From NCBI GenBank assembly GCA_963674865.2, contig CAXXYE010000009.1, positions 1,312,001 to 1,376,000 of the forward strand: a stretch of DNA of 64,000 nucleotides, written 5' to 3'. Made by a program: the position numbers and the translations under genes. How positions within the stretch are numbered: position 1 is the stretch's first letter; each line of letters opens with the position of its first letter. Below the pieces are notes generated by a model. That model was not told where the DNA came from and ran no database searches. It saw only the letters and a program-made list of their open reading frames with translations. The stretch is from Candidatus Hydrogenedentota bacterium (GTDB lineage: Bacteria; Hydrogenedentota; Hydrogenedentia; Hydrogenedentales; SLHB01). Of this stretch, positions 10,452 to 20,539 are shown piece after piece.

Positions 10452-11607
10452 CGTGCTTCTCCTCGATCAGCGCTTCGTAGATGGCCTCGATCTGCGCAAC
10501 CATCTGCTCGATGCTGTAATGTGGCACAACGTGCGCCCGGGCCGCCTTTCCCATGGCGCACCGGCGGGATGCGTCGCGCACCAGCGCAATGACGGCGTTT
10601 GCCAAGGCACCCGGATCACGTGGAGGAATTAGTATACCAGTCACACCGTCCCGGACGATATCCGGGATCCCTCCGACATGCGTGGCGACCACGGGGGTAG
10701 CCGCGGCTCCGGCTTCGAGCACGACGCGGCCCATGCCCTCATTGATAGAGGGCACGACGCAGACATCCATGGCCGCCATGAGCGCGGCCACCTCCGTGCT
10801 CCACCCTAGAAGGCGAAACCGCTTGCCCAGGGCCCGGGCTTCCTCATGAAGCTCCTCGCGCAGCGAGCCATCGCCGGCGAGAACGAACTGAGCTTGTGGC
10901 AGCGCGCCGGCGACGGTATGTGCGGCGGAGACGAAGTGCGTGAACCCCTTGACAGGCTCAAGCCGCCCGACGCCGCCGATGAGAATGTCATTCGGGCCGA
11001 TGCCAAGGGAGTGACGGGTGCTGTTGCGCTGCTCGATGGCGGCGGTGTAGGGCGCGAAGTCGATGCCGCTGAAGACGACTTCGTACTGCTCGCGCCGGCC
11101 GATGCCCTGCGCGAGGTGCTCATCGATCCCTCCCGGCGTGAGGGTGATGATCCGATCGGTTCGCCGTGCGGCATAGCGCTCCATGGCGGTGAAGAGCCTG
11201 GTGAGTAGGGGGGGGAAGTAGCCCTCGAAGATGTTGCCGTGGGGGGTGTGGATCACAATGGGCACCCCCGCGCGCCGGGCGGCGATGCGGCCGAGGAAGC
11301 CCGCCTTCGATGTGTGCGTGTGGACGATGTCGTAGTGTTTCGCGCGAAAAAGGGCTGTGAGGCGGCGGAGCGCGCGGAGATCGCCGAGCGGGGCCGGGGG
11401 CCGCATCAAGGTAGGTACATGAATGATCTCCATGCCCGCGGCGAGAACCGCATCCTCGATGGCGTCCTCGTCGGGCATGACGCTCCCGCTGATGAGGTCC
11501 ACGTCGAACCTCGCGCGATTCGCGAGGCGCACCGTGTGGACGGTGTTCTCCTGAGCGCCGCCTCTGCATAAGCGAGTGATGACGTGTGCTACGCGAATCT
11601 TGCTCAT
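10441..11607 (-). CDS. GT4 family glycosyltransferase
   Basis: HTHTSKAG, GRLEPVKG, EGMGRVVLEA motifs. Confidence 0.92.
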   Translation of the reverse strand: MSKIRVAHVITRLCRGGAQENTVHTVRLANRARFDVDLISGSVMPDEDAIEDAVLAAGMEIIHVPTLMRPPAPLGDLRALRRLTALFRAKHYDIVHTHTSKAGFLGRIAARRAGVPIVIHTPHGNIFEGYFPPLLTRLFTAMERYAARRTDRIITLTPGGIDEHLAQGIGRREQYEVVFSGIDFAPYTAAIEQRNSTRHSLGIGPNDILIGGVGRLEPVKGFTHFVSAAHTVAGALPQAQFVLAGDGSLREELHEEARALGKRFRLLGWSTEVAALMAAMDVCVVPSINEGMGRVVLEAGAAATPVVATHVGGIPDIVRDGVTGILIPPRDPGALANAVIALVRDASRRCAMGKAARAHVVPHYSIEQMVAQIEAIYEALIEEKHVER

Positions 11608-12734
11608 GGACAGTCTTCGAGGGCCCCCAAGAGACGCTCCGTGAAAGTCTCCCAGTTGAGTTCCTCCTCAACCCGCCGCCGGCCGTTTTCGCCTAGTCGC
11701 CTCGCGCGTTCGGGGTCGTTCATGAGGGACAGGATGGCTTCGGCAAGGGCGTCCGGGTCGTTCGGTTCCACGATCAGGCCGGTTTCTCCGTCGAGTACGG
11801 CCTCAGTTACGCCCCCGGAGTGGCCCGCAACGACGGGTTTGCCGTGGGCGTGGGCCTCCGTGAATACGAGCCCGAATCCCTCCACCTGGCCATCGCTATC
11901 TGTGCCGGTAGGTAGAGCGAAGATCTCGCAGCATTCGTATAGGGCGGCCACATCGTCCGGCGGCAAGCATCCCGGAAGGAGGACATTGTCGCGGACTCCC
12001 AGCGCATTGGCCTCCTTCGCAACATCGCTCATGGCGGGGCCCTGGCCGACAAGCACGAGGACGGTGTCCGGGAAGGCTTCAAGGATACGCGGCAGGGCGC
12101 GCACGAACGTCAGGTGGCCTTTGCGGGGAACAAAGCGCCCGACGGCCAGGATGACGCGGTCGTTGCCGAGGGCGAATTTGTCCCGCGTTGCGGCCAGACA
12201 CTCACGCGAGAGCGGGGTTGAGAGACTGGCCCCGGGGTGAATCGTCACGATGCCATCCGGGGCCGCGCCGAACTCGGCCAGTTGCGAGCGGGTGAAGTCG
12301 CTTATGGCAACAGTGAGCCGGGCGTGTCGATAGACGCTTCGGAGGAGGGCCGATACAGGCCACACACCCTTGAACTTGAGGAACTCGTATCCGTAGGCGA
12401 AGACCACATAAGGCGTTCTGGATAGACTGCCGGCGATGCGCGCCATGACGCCCGCGTAGGCGATATTGATGCAAAGGATAAGTTCTGCCCGCCTCATTAG
12501 CGGCAAAGCGGTAAACAGCATCGGAAAGAAGCGCAGCCAGCCCAGGCGGTAGCCAGCGTAGCGATGCACCTCGTATGGCTCGGCCTCATCGAAGGGGCCG
12601 GTGTCCGGGAAGTAGGGCGCCAGAACAGTTATCTCATGGCCCTTCGTGGTGAGCATGCGGGCGACTTCGAGCGCGACGGTACTGATGCCTCCCTCAATGG
12701 GGGGGTAGTCAGCGGTTGGAATCAGGATTTTCAC
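11604..12734 (-). CDS. GT4 family glycosyltransferase (PimB-like)
   Basis: GTG start at 12734 overlaps the carbamoyltransferase stop (GTGA). DYPPIEGGI, GRFVPRKG, EGFGLVFTEA motifs. Confidence 0.9.
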   Translation of the reverse strand: MKILIPTADYPPIEGGISTVALEVARMLTTKGHEITVLAPYFPDTGPFDEAEPYEVHRYAGYRLGWLRFFPMLFTALPLMRRAELILCINIAYAGVMARIAGSLSRTPYVVFAYGYEFLKFKGVWPVSALLRSVYRHARLTVAISDFTRSQLAEFGAAPDGIVTIHPGASLSTPLSRECLAATRDKFALGNDRVILAVGRFVPRKGHLTFVRALPRILEAFPDTVLVLVGQGPAMSDVAKEANALGVRDNVLLPGCLPPDDVAALYECCEIFALPTGTDSDGQVEGFGLVFTEAHAHGKPVVAGHSGGVTEAVLDGETGLIVEPNDPDALAEAILSLMNDPERARRLGENGRRRVEEELNWETFTERLLGALEDCP

Positions 12735-14419
12735 GGCTTCACAACCACGAAATCGCCGATAGCAAGCGCATCGATACCGGTGGATTGGAAGCAGCGCACG
12801 GCCTCGGAGGGCGTGTTGACGATGGGCTCGCCCATCACGTTGAACGAGGTGTTGAGCACCATAGGCACGCCGCGCCGCCGCTCGAAGGCCTCGATGAGCT
12901 TGTAGTAGCGGGGGCACGTGTCACGTGCGACTGTCTGGACGCGCGCCGTGCCGTCCACATGGGTAATGGCCGGGACGAGAGCCTGCTTCCCCGGCTCGAC
13001 TGGATACACAACGAGCATGAAAGGCGATCGCGTACAGCCCACGAAGAATTCACCGGCCCGCTCCTCCAAGACGCTGGGGGCAAAGGGCCGGAACTCCTCG
13101 CGGTGTTTGACGCGCTGGTTGATGGTGTTCTTCATTTCGGGCCTGGTGGGATCGGCGAGGATGCTTCTCGCGCCCAGGGCGCGGGGCCCGAATTCGGAAC
13201 GCCCCTGAAACCAACCGACGATCTTACCGCTCGCGATGAGTTCCGCGGTGCGTTCCTCAAGGCTGTTCGGCTGCTCATAAGCGACGTCCGCCGTATCGAG
13301 AGCAGCCCGGATCTCCTCCTTCGAGAAGTCAGGGCCGATGCGGGCATCGCGCATCACGAAGGCCCGGGGGGCGCCCGTGAGGCGATGGTGTAACTGGAAG
13401 GCCGCGCCGATGGCAATGCCGTCATCCCCCGCCGCGGGCTGCACCCACAGCTCCTCGAAGGGCGACTCGCGCAGCAGCCGGCCGTTCATGGCACAGTTGA
13501 GGGCCACGCCGCCGGCCATGCAAAGCCGGTTGAGTCCGGTTTCGTGATGGAGCGCTGTGATATAGCGTAGAACGGCCTCCTCGAGAACCTTCTGCGCCGA
13601 AGCGGCGATATTTCTGTGGCGGACTTCAATCGGTTCGCCCTTGTTTCTTGGCGCGCCGAAGCGCTCGATGAACTTCCGGGAGAAATAGCCGCATCGCGAG
13701 CCTGGCGCGTAATGGCAAACGAACCACGAGAGGTCCACATTATAGCGGCCGTCGGGCGCGACACGGATGATCTGCCGGAAATCGTCGAGGTACTCCGGTT
13801 CGCCGAACGCGGCAAGGCCCATGACTTTGTACTCATCGCTCGCGCGGAGAAAGCCGAGGTAATCCGTGACGGCCGAGTAGAAGACGCCGAGCGATTGAGG
13901 GTAGTTCTCAGTGTGGAGCCTGCGAATCTCCGTGCCTTTGCCCACGCCCGCCCAAGTCGCGGCCCACTCGCCGATATAGTCCACGGAGAAGAGAGCCGCC
14001 TCGTCGAAGGGGCTGACAAGAAAGGCGCTGGCGGCGTGTGCGGGGTGGTGCTCAAGAAAGTGAATCTTGGCCTTCTTGCCGCGCAGAGCGTGTATGCCAT
14101 TGAAATACTTGGCGTTGTGAACGATCTCATAGCCGATATAGGCGGCCGAATACGCTGGGCTGCGGAACATCTGTTTGAGCCGGTAAGGCAGGCGGCGGCG
14201 GAGGCGGAGCCCGGGCCGCATGTAGCAGGCGATGTGGTCGACGTCGTCCGGAGTCAGGCCCGCCTCATTCAGGCAGAACTTGACTGCCTTTCGGGGTATG
14301 CCTCCCTGGTGCTTGACGCGGGTGAGGCGCTCTTCGGCGATACCGGCCACGAGTTCACCGTCCCGGAGGAGAACGGCGGCCGAATCATGCGAAAAGCCCC
14401 CGATCCCCAGAATGATCAT
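12731..14419 (-). CDS. O-carbamoyltransferase, CmcH/NodU/TobZ family
   Basis: HDSAA, EERLTRVKH, HHPAHAASAF, GGVALNC, EFGPRALGARS, REEFRPFAP, LNTSFN. Confidence 0.95.
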   Translation of the reverse strand: MIILGIGGFSHDSAAVLLRDGELVAGIAEERLTRVKHQGGIPRKAVKFCLNEAGLTPDDVDHIACYMRPGLRLRRRLPYRLKQMFRSPAYSAAYIGYEIVHNAKYFNGIHALRGKKAKIHFLEHHPAHAASAFLVSPFDEAALFSVDYIGEWAATWAGVGKGTEIRRLHTENYPQSLGVFYSAVTDYLGFLRASDEYKVMGLAAFGEPEYLDDFRQIIRVAPDGRYNVDLSWFVCHYAPGSRCGYFSRKFIERFGAPRNKGEPIEVRHRNIAASAQKVLEEAVLRYITALHHETGLNRLCMAGGVALNCAMNGRLLRESPFEELWVQPAAGDDGIAIGAAFQLHHRLTGAPRAFVMRDARIGPDFSKEEIRAALDTADVAYEQPNSLEERTAELIASGKIVGWFQGRSEFGPRALGARSILADPTRPEMKNTINQRVKHREEFRPFAPSVLEERAGEFFVGCTRSPFMLVVYPVEPGKQALVPAITHVDGTARVQTVARDTCPRYYKLIEAFERRRGVPMVLNTSFNVMGEPIVNTPSEAVRCFQSTGIDALAIGDFVVVKP

Positions 14420-14535
14420 GTGGTATTCCTTGATAGGTTGTGGCGGCCCGGCTTCCTCTCGTCGCTAATCTAGCAAGGATTCGAGCCGGTTTGCACACGA
14501 ATTCTCCCGGCTCCTCTCCGGGGAAAGGAGGTCGC

Positions 14536-15267
14536 TTAGGGCGATGTGGCGGCGCGGCGCCGTTGCCGGAGGCATTCGGCGAGGGCGATGCCCGCGCTCA
14601 CGGAAGCGTTCAGCGAGGAGATGGCCCCCACCAGCGGGATGCGGAGCGCCAGGTCGCAGTGTTGCCGGACGAGTCGGCGCAGGCCCTTGCCCTCGCTGCC
14701 GATGACGAGGGCGGTCGGGCCGGTGAGGTCCGCCTCCCACAAGTCCTGCGGGGCAGCGGCGTCGAGCGCGGCGGCCCAGCAGCCCGCGTTTCTGAGGACA
14801 TCCAGGCCGCGGACGAGGTTCGAGGCCCGCAGGAGGTCGATGTGTTCCATAGCCCCCGCGGCGCTCTTGAGAGACGCAGGTGAGATGGGCGCGGCCCGGT
14901 CTTTGCCGAAGAAGACGGCACGAGCGCCGCAAGCGGCCGCAGAGCGGACAATGGCGCCGAAATTGTGGGGATCCTCGACCTGATCCAACACCACGACCAG
15001 CGCGTTTTGAGGGAGGCCGTTTGCGAGCCAGTCCTCTAAGCGGGGGATGGGCAAAGGCGCTGCCTCGAGGACCACCCCTTGATGCACCACGCCCCCCGAA
15101 AGGCGATTCAGGTCTTGTTTGCTGCACTCTTCGACAGAGATACCTTCGGCGGCCGCGAGAACGGGCTCGAGTCCTTTGGCCTGCCGAAGAATATGCAGCC
15201 GCTGGGCCGCGCGCCGCTTCGCGCGCAGGCATTCGAGAACAGGTATACGACCGACTACACGCTCCAC
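14536..15267 (-). CDS. rlmB: 23S rRNA (G2251-2'-O)-methyltransferase, SPOUT family
   Basis: HQGV, LDQVEDPHNFGAIVRSA, GSEGKGL, SLNASVSAG. Confidence 0.92.
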   Translation of the reverse strand: MERVVGRIPVLECLRAKRRAAQRLHILRQAKGLEPVLAAAEGISVEECSKQDLNRLSGGVVHQGVVLEAAPLPIPRLEDWLANGLPQNALVVVLDQVEDPHNFGAIVRSAAACGARAVFFGKDRAAPISPASLKSAAGAMEHIDLLRASNLVRGLDVLRNAGCWAAALDAAAPQDLWEADLTGPTALVIGSEGKGLRRLVRQHCDLALRIPLVGAISSLNASVSAGIALAECLRQRRRAATSP

Positions 15268-15300
15268 GGGGCGCTCACCTCGTCAAAGAATCCGCTAAAG

Positions 15301-15648
15301 TCAGCGGACAAACCGGTGCAGTATATCGCTGAGGAAAGGGATCCGGATGTCGGCGAACATGTCGGCCGCAACGCCCGCGATGATGAGGATGACGGCGAGG
15401 ATGACGAGCCGTACGACCAAGACCCGGAGTTTGTGTATCCAAGCAGGCCTCGGCTTTGGCGCGCGCTCGAGCTGCTGGGCGCGCTGAATGAACTGCGCGT
15501 GCTTTTCCTTACACTCCTCGGAGCAGAAGTGGCCTGTCGCCCCGCTGACGACGCACGTTGCGCACACAGGTTTGCGGCACGTTTTGCAGCGCGCCACGGC
15601 CTCTACCGCCGAATGATTCACGCAATAGGAGCGATTTTGCAGCGCCAT
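15301..15648 (-). CDS. B-box-type zinc-finger membrane protein
   Basis: CxxH-x8-CxxCxxxxCxxC-x9-CxxxC followed by one C-terminal hydrophobic helix. Confidence 0.7.
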   Translation of the reverse strand: MALQNRSYCVNHSAVEAVARCKTCRKPVCATCVVSGATGHFCSEECKEKHAQFIQRAQQLERAPKPRPAWIHKLRVLVVRLVILAVILIIAGVAADMFADIRIPFLSDILHRFVR

Positions 15649-15667
15649 TCCCTCAAGCCTCCCTTAT

Positions 15668-17605
15668 TCAATCACCATCCTTATTCGTAGTAGGATCGAG
15701 CGCCTTCGTCTCGATCTCACGCCTAACCCGCTCGACAAATGCGGCGAGGTCCATGCTCTTGAGGTCGCCCAAGCGCCGGTGGCGAACCGACACGGCGCCC
15801 GCCTCCTTCTCCCGCTCGCCGACAACCAACATGTACGGGACCTGGCTTGTCTGGGCCGCCCGGATCTTGTACTTCATCGTTTCATCACTGAGGTCGGCCT
15901 CGGCGCGCAGCCCCTCGGCCTGGAGACGCGCAAGGACTTCGTTGGCGTAGTCATTGAACGCGTCGGCCACGGGGATCACAACGGCCTGTACCGGGGCAAG
16001 CCACACCGGAAACGCGCCGGCGAAGTGCTCGATGAGAATTCCGAGAAACCGCTCGATGCCGCCGTAGACTACGCGGTGGAGCATGACGGGCCGGTGGCGT
16101 TCACCATCGGACCCGGTGTATTCGAGGTCGAACTTCTCGGGCATCGCGAAGTCCAACTGAATCGTGGCACACTGCCAAGAGCGCTTCAGGCAGTCGCGGA
16201 TATGGAAGTCGATCTTGGGGCCGTAGAAGGCGCCGTCGCCCTCGTTGATCTTGTACGGCATCCCCTTTGTGTCGAGAGCTTTACGCAAGGCGGCCGTGGC
16301 CGTTTCCCACATTTCGTCGCTGCCGATGGATTTCTCCGGGCGGGTGCTCAGTTCGACCGCGTAGTCGAGGCCGAAAACCTTATACATGACATCCACGAAG
16401 TCAATGACACCGATAACCTCGTCAAGAATCTGGTCGGGCGTCATGTAGATGTGAGCGTCATCCTGCGTGAACATGCGTACGCGGGACAGCCCGTGAAGTA
16501 CGCCGGACTTCTCATGCCGATGCACGGTGCCAAGTTCTGCGAGGCGGAGAGGAAGGTCCCGGTAGCTGCGGAGGTCAGACTTATAGATGAGAATGCCGCC
16601 GGGGCAGTTCATGGGCTTGACGGCGAAGTCGCGCCCGTCGATCTCGGTAAAATACATGTTTTCCCGGTAATGATCCCAATGCCCCGACTGCTCCCAGAGG
16701 GTGCGTTCAAGGATGATGGGTGTACGGATCTCGCCATAGCCGTGTTTGCGGTGCTCTTGCCGCCAGAAATCGATGAGTTCGTTCAGGACGATCATTCCCT
16801 TGGGGTGGAAGAAGGGAAATCCCGGGCCCGCGGCGTGGAAGCTGAACAAGTCCAACTGCTTACCAAGTTTGCGGTGGTCGCGCTTCTCCGCTTCGGCAAG
16901 GAGGGCCAAATGCTCTTCGAGATCCTTCTTGCTGGGGAAGGCGGTGCCGTATATCCGCTGCAGCATTGCCCGGCTCTCGTCGCCCCGCCAGTACGCGCCC
17001 GCAACGCTCAAGAGCTTGAAGGCCTTGATACGCCCCGTGGACGGTAGGTGGGGGCCGCGGCACAAGTCCACGAACTCGCCGTTCTCGTAGAACGTGATAG
17101 TGCCGTCGTCGAGTTCATTGACAAGTTCGACTTTGTAGGTGTCTTCGCGCTCCTGAAAGTAGGCGAGCGCGCCCGCTTTGGACATTTCCTTCCTGACAAA
17201 CGGCTCATCGGCCTTGACGACGGCCGCCATTTCCTTCTCGATGGCCTCGAAGTCGTCCTCGGATAAGGGCGGGTCGACATCGATGTCGTAGTAGAAGCCG
17301 TCCTCGATGGCGGGGCCAATTGCTAGCTTCGCGTCCGGCCGCACGCGCTTGATGGCCGAAGCCATTACGTGCGAAGCGCTGTGGCGGAAGACGTCGCGGC
17401 CCTCCTCCGAGTCAAAGGTAAGGATGGCGACGTTATCGCCGTCCTTCAGGGGCGTGGTGAGGTCGGTGATTTGGCCATTCACTTTGGCGCCTGTGGCGGC
17501 TTTCGCGAGGCGGGGGCCGATGCTCTTGGCAAGGGACAAAGCGGAGCTTCCTTCCGGGAGCTCCTTATGCGACCCATCAGGTAGCTGAACCTTGATGCAA
17601 CTCAT
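15668..17605 (-). CDS. thrS: Threonine--tRNA ligase
   Basis: TGS domain, HSASH, DLCRGPH, RDHRKLG, KPMNCP, GAFYGPKID. ATG at 17605 follows AGGAG. Confidence 0.98.
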   Translation of the reverse strand: MSCIKVQLPDGSHKELPEGSSALSLAKSIGPRLAKAATGAKVNGQITDLTTPLKDGDNVAILTFDSEEGRDVFRHSASHVMASAIKRVRPDAKLAIGPAIEDGFYYDIDVDPPLSEDDFEAIEKEMAAVVKADEPFVRKEMSKAGALAYFQEREDTYKVELVNELDDGTITFYENGEFVDLCRGPHLPSTGRIKAFKLLSVAGAYWRGDESRAMLQRIYGTAFPSKKDLEEHLALLAEAEKRDHRKLGKQLDLFSFHAAGPGFPFFHPKGMIVLNELIDFWRQEHRKHGYGEIRTPIILERTLWEQSGHWDHYRENMYFTEIDGRDFAVKPMNCPGGILIYKSDLRSYRDLPLRLAELGTVHRHEKSGVLHGLSRVRMFTQDDAHIYMTPDQILDEVIGVIDFVDVMYKVFGLDYAVELSTRPEKSIGSDEMWETATAALRKALDTKGMPYKINEGDGAFYGPKIDFHIRDCLKRSWQCATIQLDFAMPEKFDLEYTGSDGERHRPVMLHRVVYGGIERFLGILIEHFAGAFPVWLAPVQAVVIPVADAFNDYANEVLARLQAEGLRAEADLSDETMKYKIRAAQTSQVPYMLVVGEREKEAGAVSVRHRRLGDLKSMDLAAFVERVRREIETKALDPTTNKDGD

Positions 17606-17765
17606 AGACACTCCTATACGGACCGCCGGCAATGGCGTGCGGCTAAGGCTTTACTAGACGCTCCCTTATGCGTATTGCCGAGCCAAAGCGCCCGGCCTGG
17701 GAGAGTGGCGTTGATTCTGCCATGAAAGGCCCTCGAAATGAAAGCGGCACCGGAGGCGCCCTGTG

Positions 17766-18857
17766 TCAGCGAGAATCGGCGCCGACGGCCTGGGCGATGT
17801 TGCTGAAGCCGTCGCGTTCGAGCAGGTGGATGAGGCCGCGATTGATGCGCTTCACCACGAGCGGCCCCTCGTAGACGAGGGCGGTGAGGAGTTGTACGAG
17901 CGAGGCGCCGAGCCGGATCTTGCGGTAGGCGTCCTCGGCGCCGAAGACGCCCCCGACGCCGATGATGCTGTAGCGGCTGCGGTCCATCAGCCGGTACAGG
18001 TCGGCGATGGCCTTGTTGATGAGCGCTTCGACGGGCTTGCCCGCGACGGCGCCGGGCATACGCTCGAGTTCTTCAGGCGGCACATGGAGGGGAGTTGGCT
18101 TGCCCGGGGGAAGATTGAATATGAAACCGGCAATGTAGGGAACGCCGGCAATGGCTTCGAGGATGTCCTCAAGGGCCTTGGGCCCTCCCAGGGGCGATAT
18201 CTTCAGAAACACGGGTGGACGGGGGGAGTACTCCGCCAATTGCTCGAAAAGCCGCTTAATGTGGGCGGTGTCAGCGAAGAAGTTGCGGCCGTTCTCGGTG
18301 TTCGGGCAGCTCAAGCTCAAGACATGGTAGTCGCCAACCTCTCTGAGCACGCGCGTGGAGCGGACGTAATCATCGATGATGGCCTCGTCGGACTCGTTGC
18401 GGAGGCGGTTGGTCTTGACGATGTTGATGCCCAAAGGAACGGATAGTTGTTTTTTCCCCAGCCGGGCTGCGACGGCGTCTGCGCCATCGTTGGGAAGGCC
18501 ATAATTGACGATAATGGCGCGCTCCGTCGGCAGCCGCCACAATCGGGGGCGCGGGTTGCCGTCAGAGGGATCTGCGGAGACGGAGCCTACCTCAATGAAG
18601 CCGAAGCCGAGTGCGGCGAGTCCGTCAACGGCGCGGCCGCTCTTATCATATCCGGCCGCGAGTCCGAAGGGATTCTCGAACCGGATTCCGGCGACTTCGG
18701 ATACGAGACGAGGGTCGGTGTAGCGGAAACAAGGATAGAGGAGAGGGGCAATAGGCCGTGAGATGGCGGCCATCCGAAGCGCGGCATCATGGATTTTCTC
18801 GGCGTCGAACCGGAACAACAACGGCCGGATCAATCTGGTGTAGATGGCCACGCCCAT
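17766..18857 (-). CDS. pyrD: Quinone-dependent dihydroorotate dehydrogenase (class 2)
   Basis: NPFGLAAGYDK, GNPRPR, SCPNT, LKISP, IIGVGG, GASLVQ. Confidence 0.9.
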   Translation of the reverse strand: MGVAIYTRLIRPLLFRFDAEKIHDAALRMAAISRPIAPLLYPCFRYTDPRLVSEVAGIRFENPFGLAAGYDKSGRAVDGLAALGFGFIEVGSVSADPSDGNPRPRLWRLPTERAIIVNYGLPNDGADAVAARLGKKQLSVPLGINIVKTNRLRNESDEAIIDDYVRSTRVLREVGDYHVLSLSCPNTENGRNFFADTAHIKRLFEQLAEYSPRPPVFLKISPLGGPKALEDILEAIAGVPYIAGFIFNLPPGKPTPLHVPPEELERMPGAVAGKPVEALINKAIADLYRLMDRSRYSIIGVGGVFGAEDAYRKIRLGASLVQLLTALVYEGPLVVKRINRGLIHLLERDGFSNIAQAVGADSR

Positions 18858-18880
18858 TCTCCGCCGACCCGCAGCGCCGC

Positions 18881-20512
18881 CTAGACGAATCCCTTGAGGG
18901 CGTCCGCCGGATTCTCAGGGAAACCGGCCACGCCACGCGATCGGTCGAACTGGTAGATACGTTGTATTGCACGCTCTTGAAGAGAAAATGCGCGCAGGGC
19001 GCCATTTTCATCCAGTGCGCGATCGGCGTTTGGCCTGCGTAGTGCCTCTGACGCCGCGGCGCGCATCTGATCAACCACATCGGGGCGATCCACGGTGCGT
19101 TGACGCAGTTCATGGGGGTCTTCGGAGACATTGAACAACTGCTCCTGGCCTCCGTTGGCCATGTAGATGTACTTCCACTCTGCGTCTCGAACCATGATTT
19201 TGAACATCCACGTGCCGGGCGTGCCGTAGAATCCGACAACGTGGTCGCGCGGCGCTGCTTCGCCCTCGAGCAGGGCGAGCACGTCAATGCCCTCGCGCGT
19301 TTCCGGCTCTCCCGCGGCGTGGGTGGCGATGCCGAACAGATCCGTCAGGCACACAAGATCCTGGCGTTGCTGTCCGGCCGGAAGGCGCTCAGGCCAGCTC
19401 ACGAGGAGCGGGACGTGGCAGGCGGCCTCAAAGAAGCTCTCCTTCTGCCAGGCATGATGATCGCCGAGGTGGTCGCCGTGATCGGAGTAGAAGCAAATGA
19501 GAGTATTATCGGCGTCGTCGCGCGCCTCGATGGCGTCGAGGATGCGGCCGATCTGGTGGTCGATATAGGAGATTTCCCCATAGTAGCGGGCTTTGACGAC
19601 ACGCGCGTGGGAATCGTTGATATCCTCCGCCCAGATGGCGTGATTCATCCAGCGGATCTGCTCATCCATGTGGTCGACGGTTAGATCGCCGCGAACCGGA
19701 TTCGGCAGGCGGTCAGGATCGTATATCCGGTTAAAGGGGATGGGCGGCGCGCACGGCGGATGCGGGCCGATGAAAGAAACAAGGCCGAAGAACGGGCGCG
19801 AATCCGCTGCCTGGAGCTGCTCAATGGCGCGGTCGGCAGCCCATGCCTCGACACCAACAGATGCGGGCGTTGGACTCATCTGCGGCATGTAATACATTTC
19901 GGTGCGCTCGCCCATGAGCGTCTCAAGGAAATCGAACTCAGGATATTCGCGCTTAATGAAGGCGGCATAGGCATCCCGCGCGCGCTGATCCGCATTCCCG
20001 TAGAGCTCTTCGCTGTGGAGGTGGACTTCATAGCCCAAGTCCTCATCCCAAGGAGACGTATGCGACTTGCCGATGCCGAACGTGCGGTAGCCGCGTTGGG
20101 CCATGGTTCGGGGCAGGTAGAGCCCACAACGCTCCTCCATCGCAGGAGACTGGCCCTCGACGGGTTGTTGGCGTTCGTTCTGGTAAATGGCCGTGGTGGG
20201 TGAATCACAGCCTGTGCGGATGGTGTAACGCGCCGGCACGCAGACGGGGCACGTAGAGTAGGTGTTCTCGAAGGCGACGCCGCGGGCGGCGAGGCGGTCG
20301 AGGTTTGGCGTGTAAACATGGGCATTGCCCAACGTCGCAATGGTGTCCGCGCGCTGCTGGTCGGTCATGATGAAGAGGATGTTCGGCTTCTTTGACACCG
20401 TGCGCCTCCTTTGTGCGTGTACGCGCCGAGGCCGCAAGGCAGCCACGCCGGCTGCTCCGCCCGTGAGCGCGCCGATGAACCGGCGGCGGGATATGGCTTT
20501 TCTTGCTGCCAA
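18881..20512 (-). CDS. Cys-type sulfatase (choline-sulfatase-like) with Tat signal peptide
   Basis: PNILFIMTDQQR, CVPAR (CxPxR formylglycine motif), SDHG. SRRRFI twin-arginine leader. TTG at 20512 follows GAGG. Confidence 0.9.
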   Translation of the reverse strand: MAARKAISRRRFIGALTGGAAGVAALRPRRVHAQRRRTVSKKPNILFIMTDQQRADTIATLGNAHVYTPNLDRLAARGVAFENTYSTCPVCVPARYTIRTGCDSPTTAIYQNERQQPVEGQSPAMEERCGLYLPRTMAQRGYRTFGIGKSHTSPWDEDLGYEVHLHSEELYGNADQRARDAYAAFIKREYPEFDFLETLMGERTEMYYMPQMSPTPASVGVEAWAADRAIEQLQAADSRPFFGLVSFIGPHPPCAPPIPFNRIYDPDRLPNPVRGDLTVDHMDEQIRWMNHAIWAEDINDSHARVVKARYYGEISYIDHQIGRILDAIEARDDADNTLICFYSDHGDHLGDHHAWQKESFFEAACHVPLLVSWPERLPAGQQRQDLVCLTDLFGIATHAAGEPETREGIDVLALLEGEAAPRDHVVGFYGTPGTWMFKIMVRDAEWKYIYMANGGQEQLFNVSEDPHELRQRTVDRPDVVDQMRAAASEALRRPNADRALDENGALRAFSLQERAIQRIYQFDRSRGVAGFPENPADALKGFV

Positions 20513-20539
20513 AGGCCTGCCCTCTGCGAACAAACAGGA

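Noticed and set aside
1..14419. Complete aminoglycoside cluster (Eis-like resistance plus TobZ-like, GT4 and deacetylase genes)
   Set aside because: No 2-deoxy-scyllo-inosose synthase, aminotransferase or dehydrogenase is present, and the Eis-like gene is ~9 kb away across unrelated genes.
17606..17765. T-box leader upstream of thrS (also checked upstream of hisS)
   Set aside because: No GGTGGNACCGCG T-box motif or terminator/antiterminator pair was visible.
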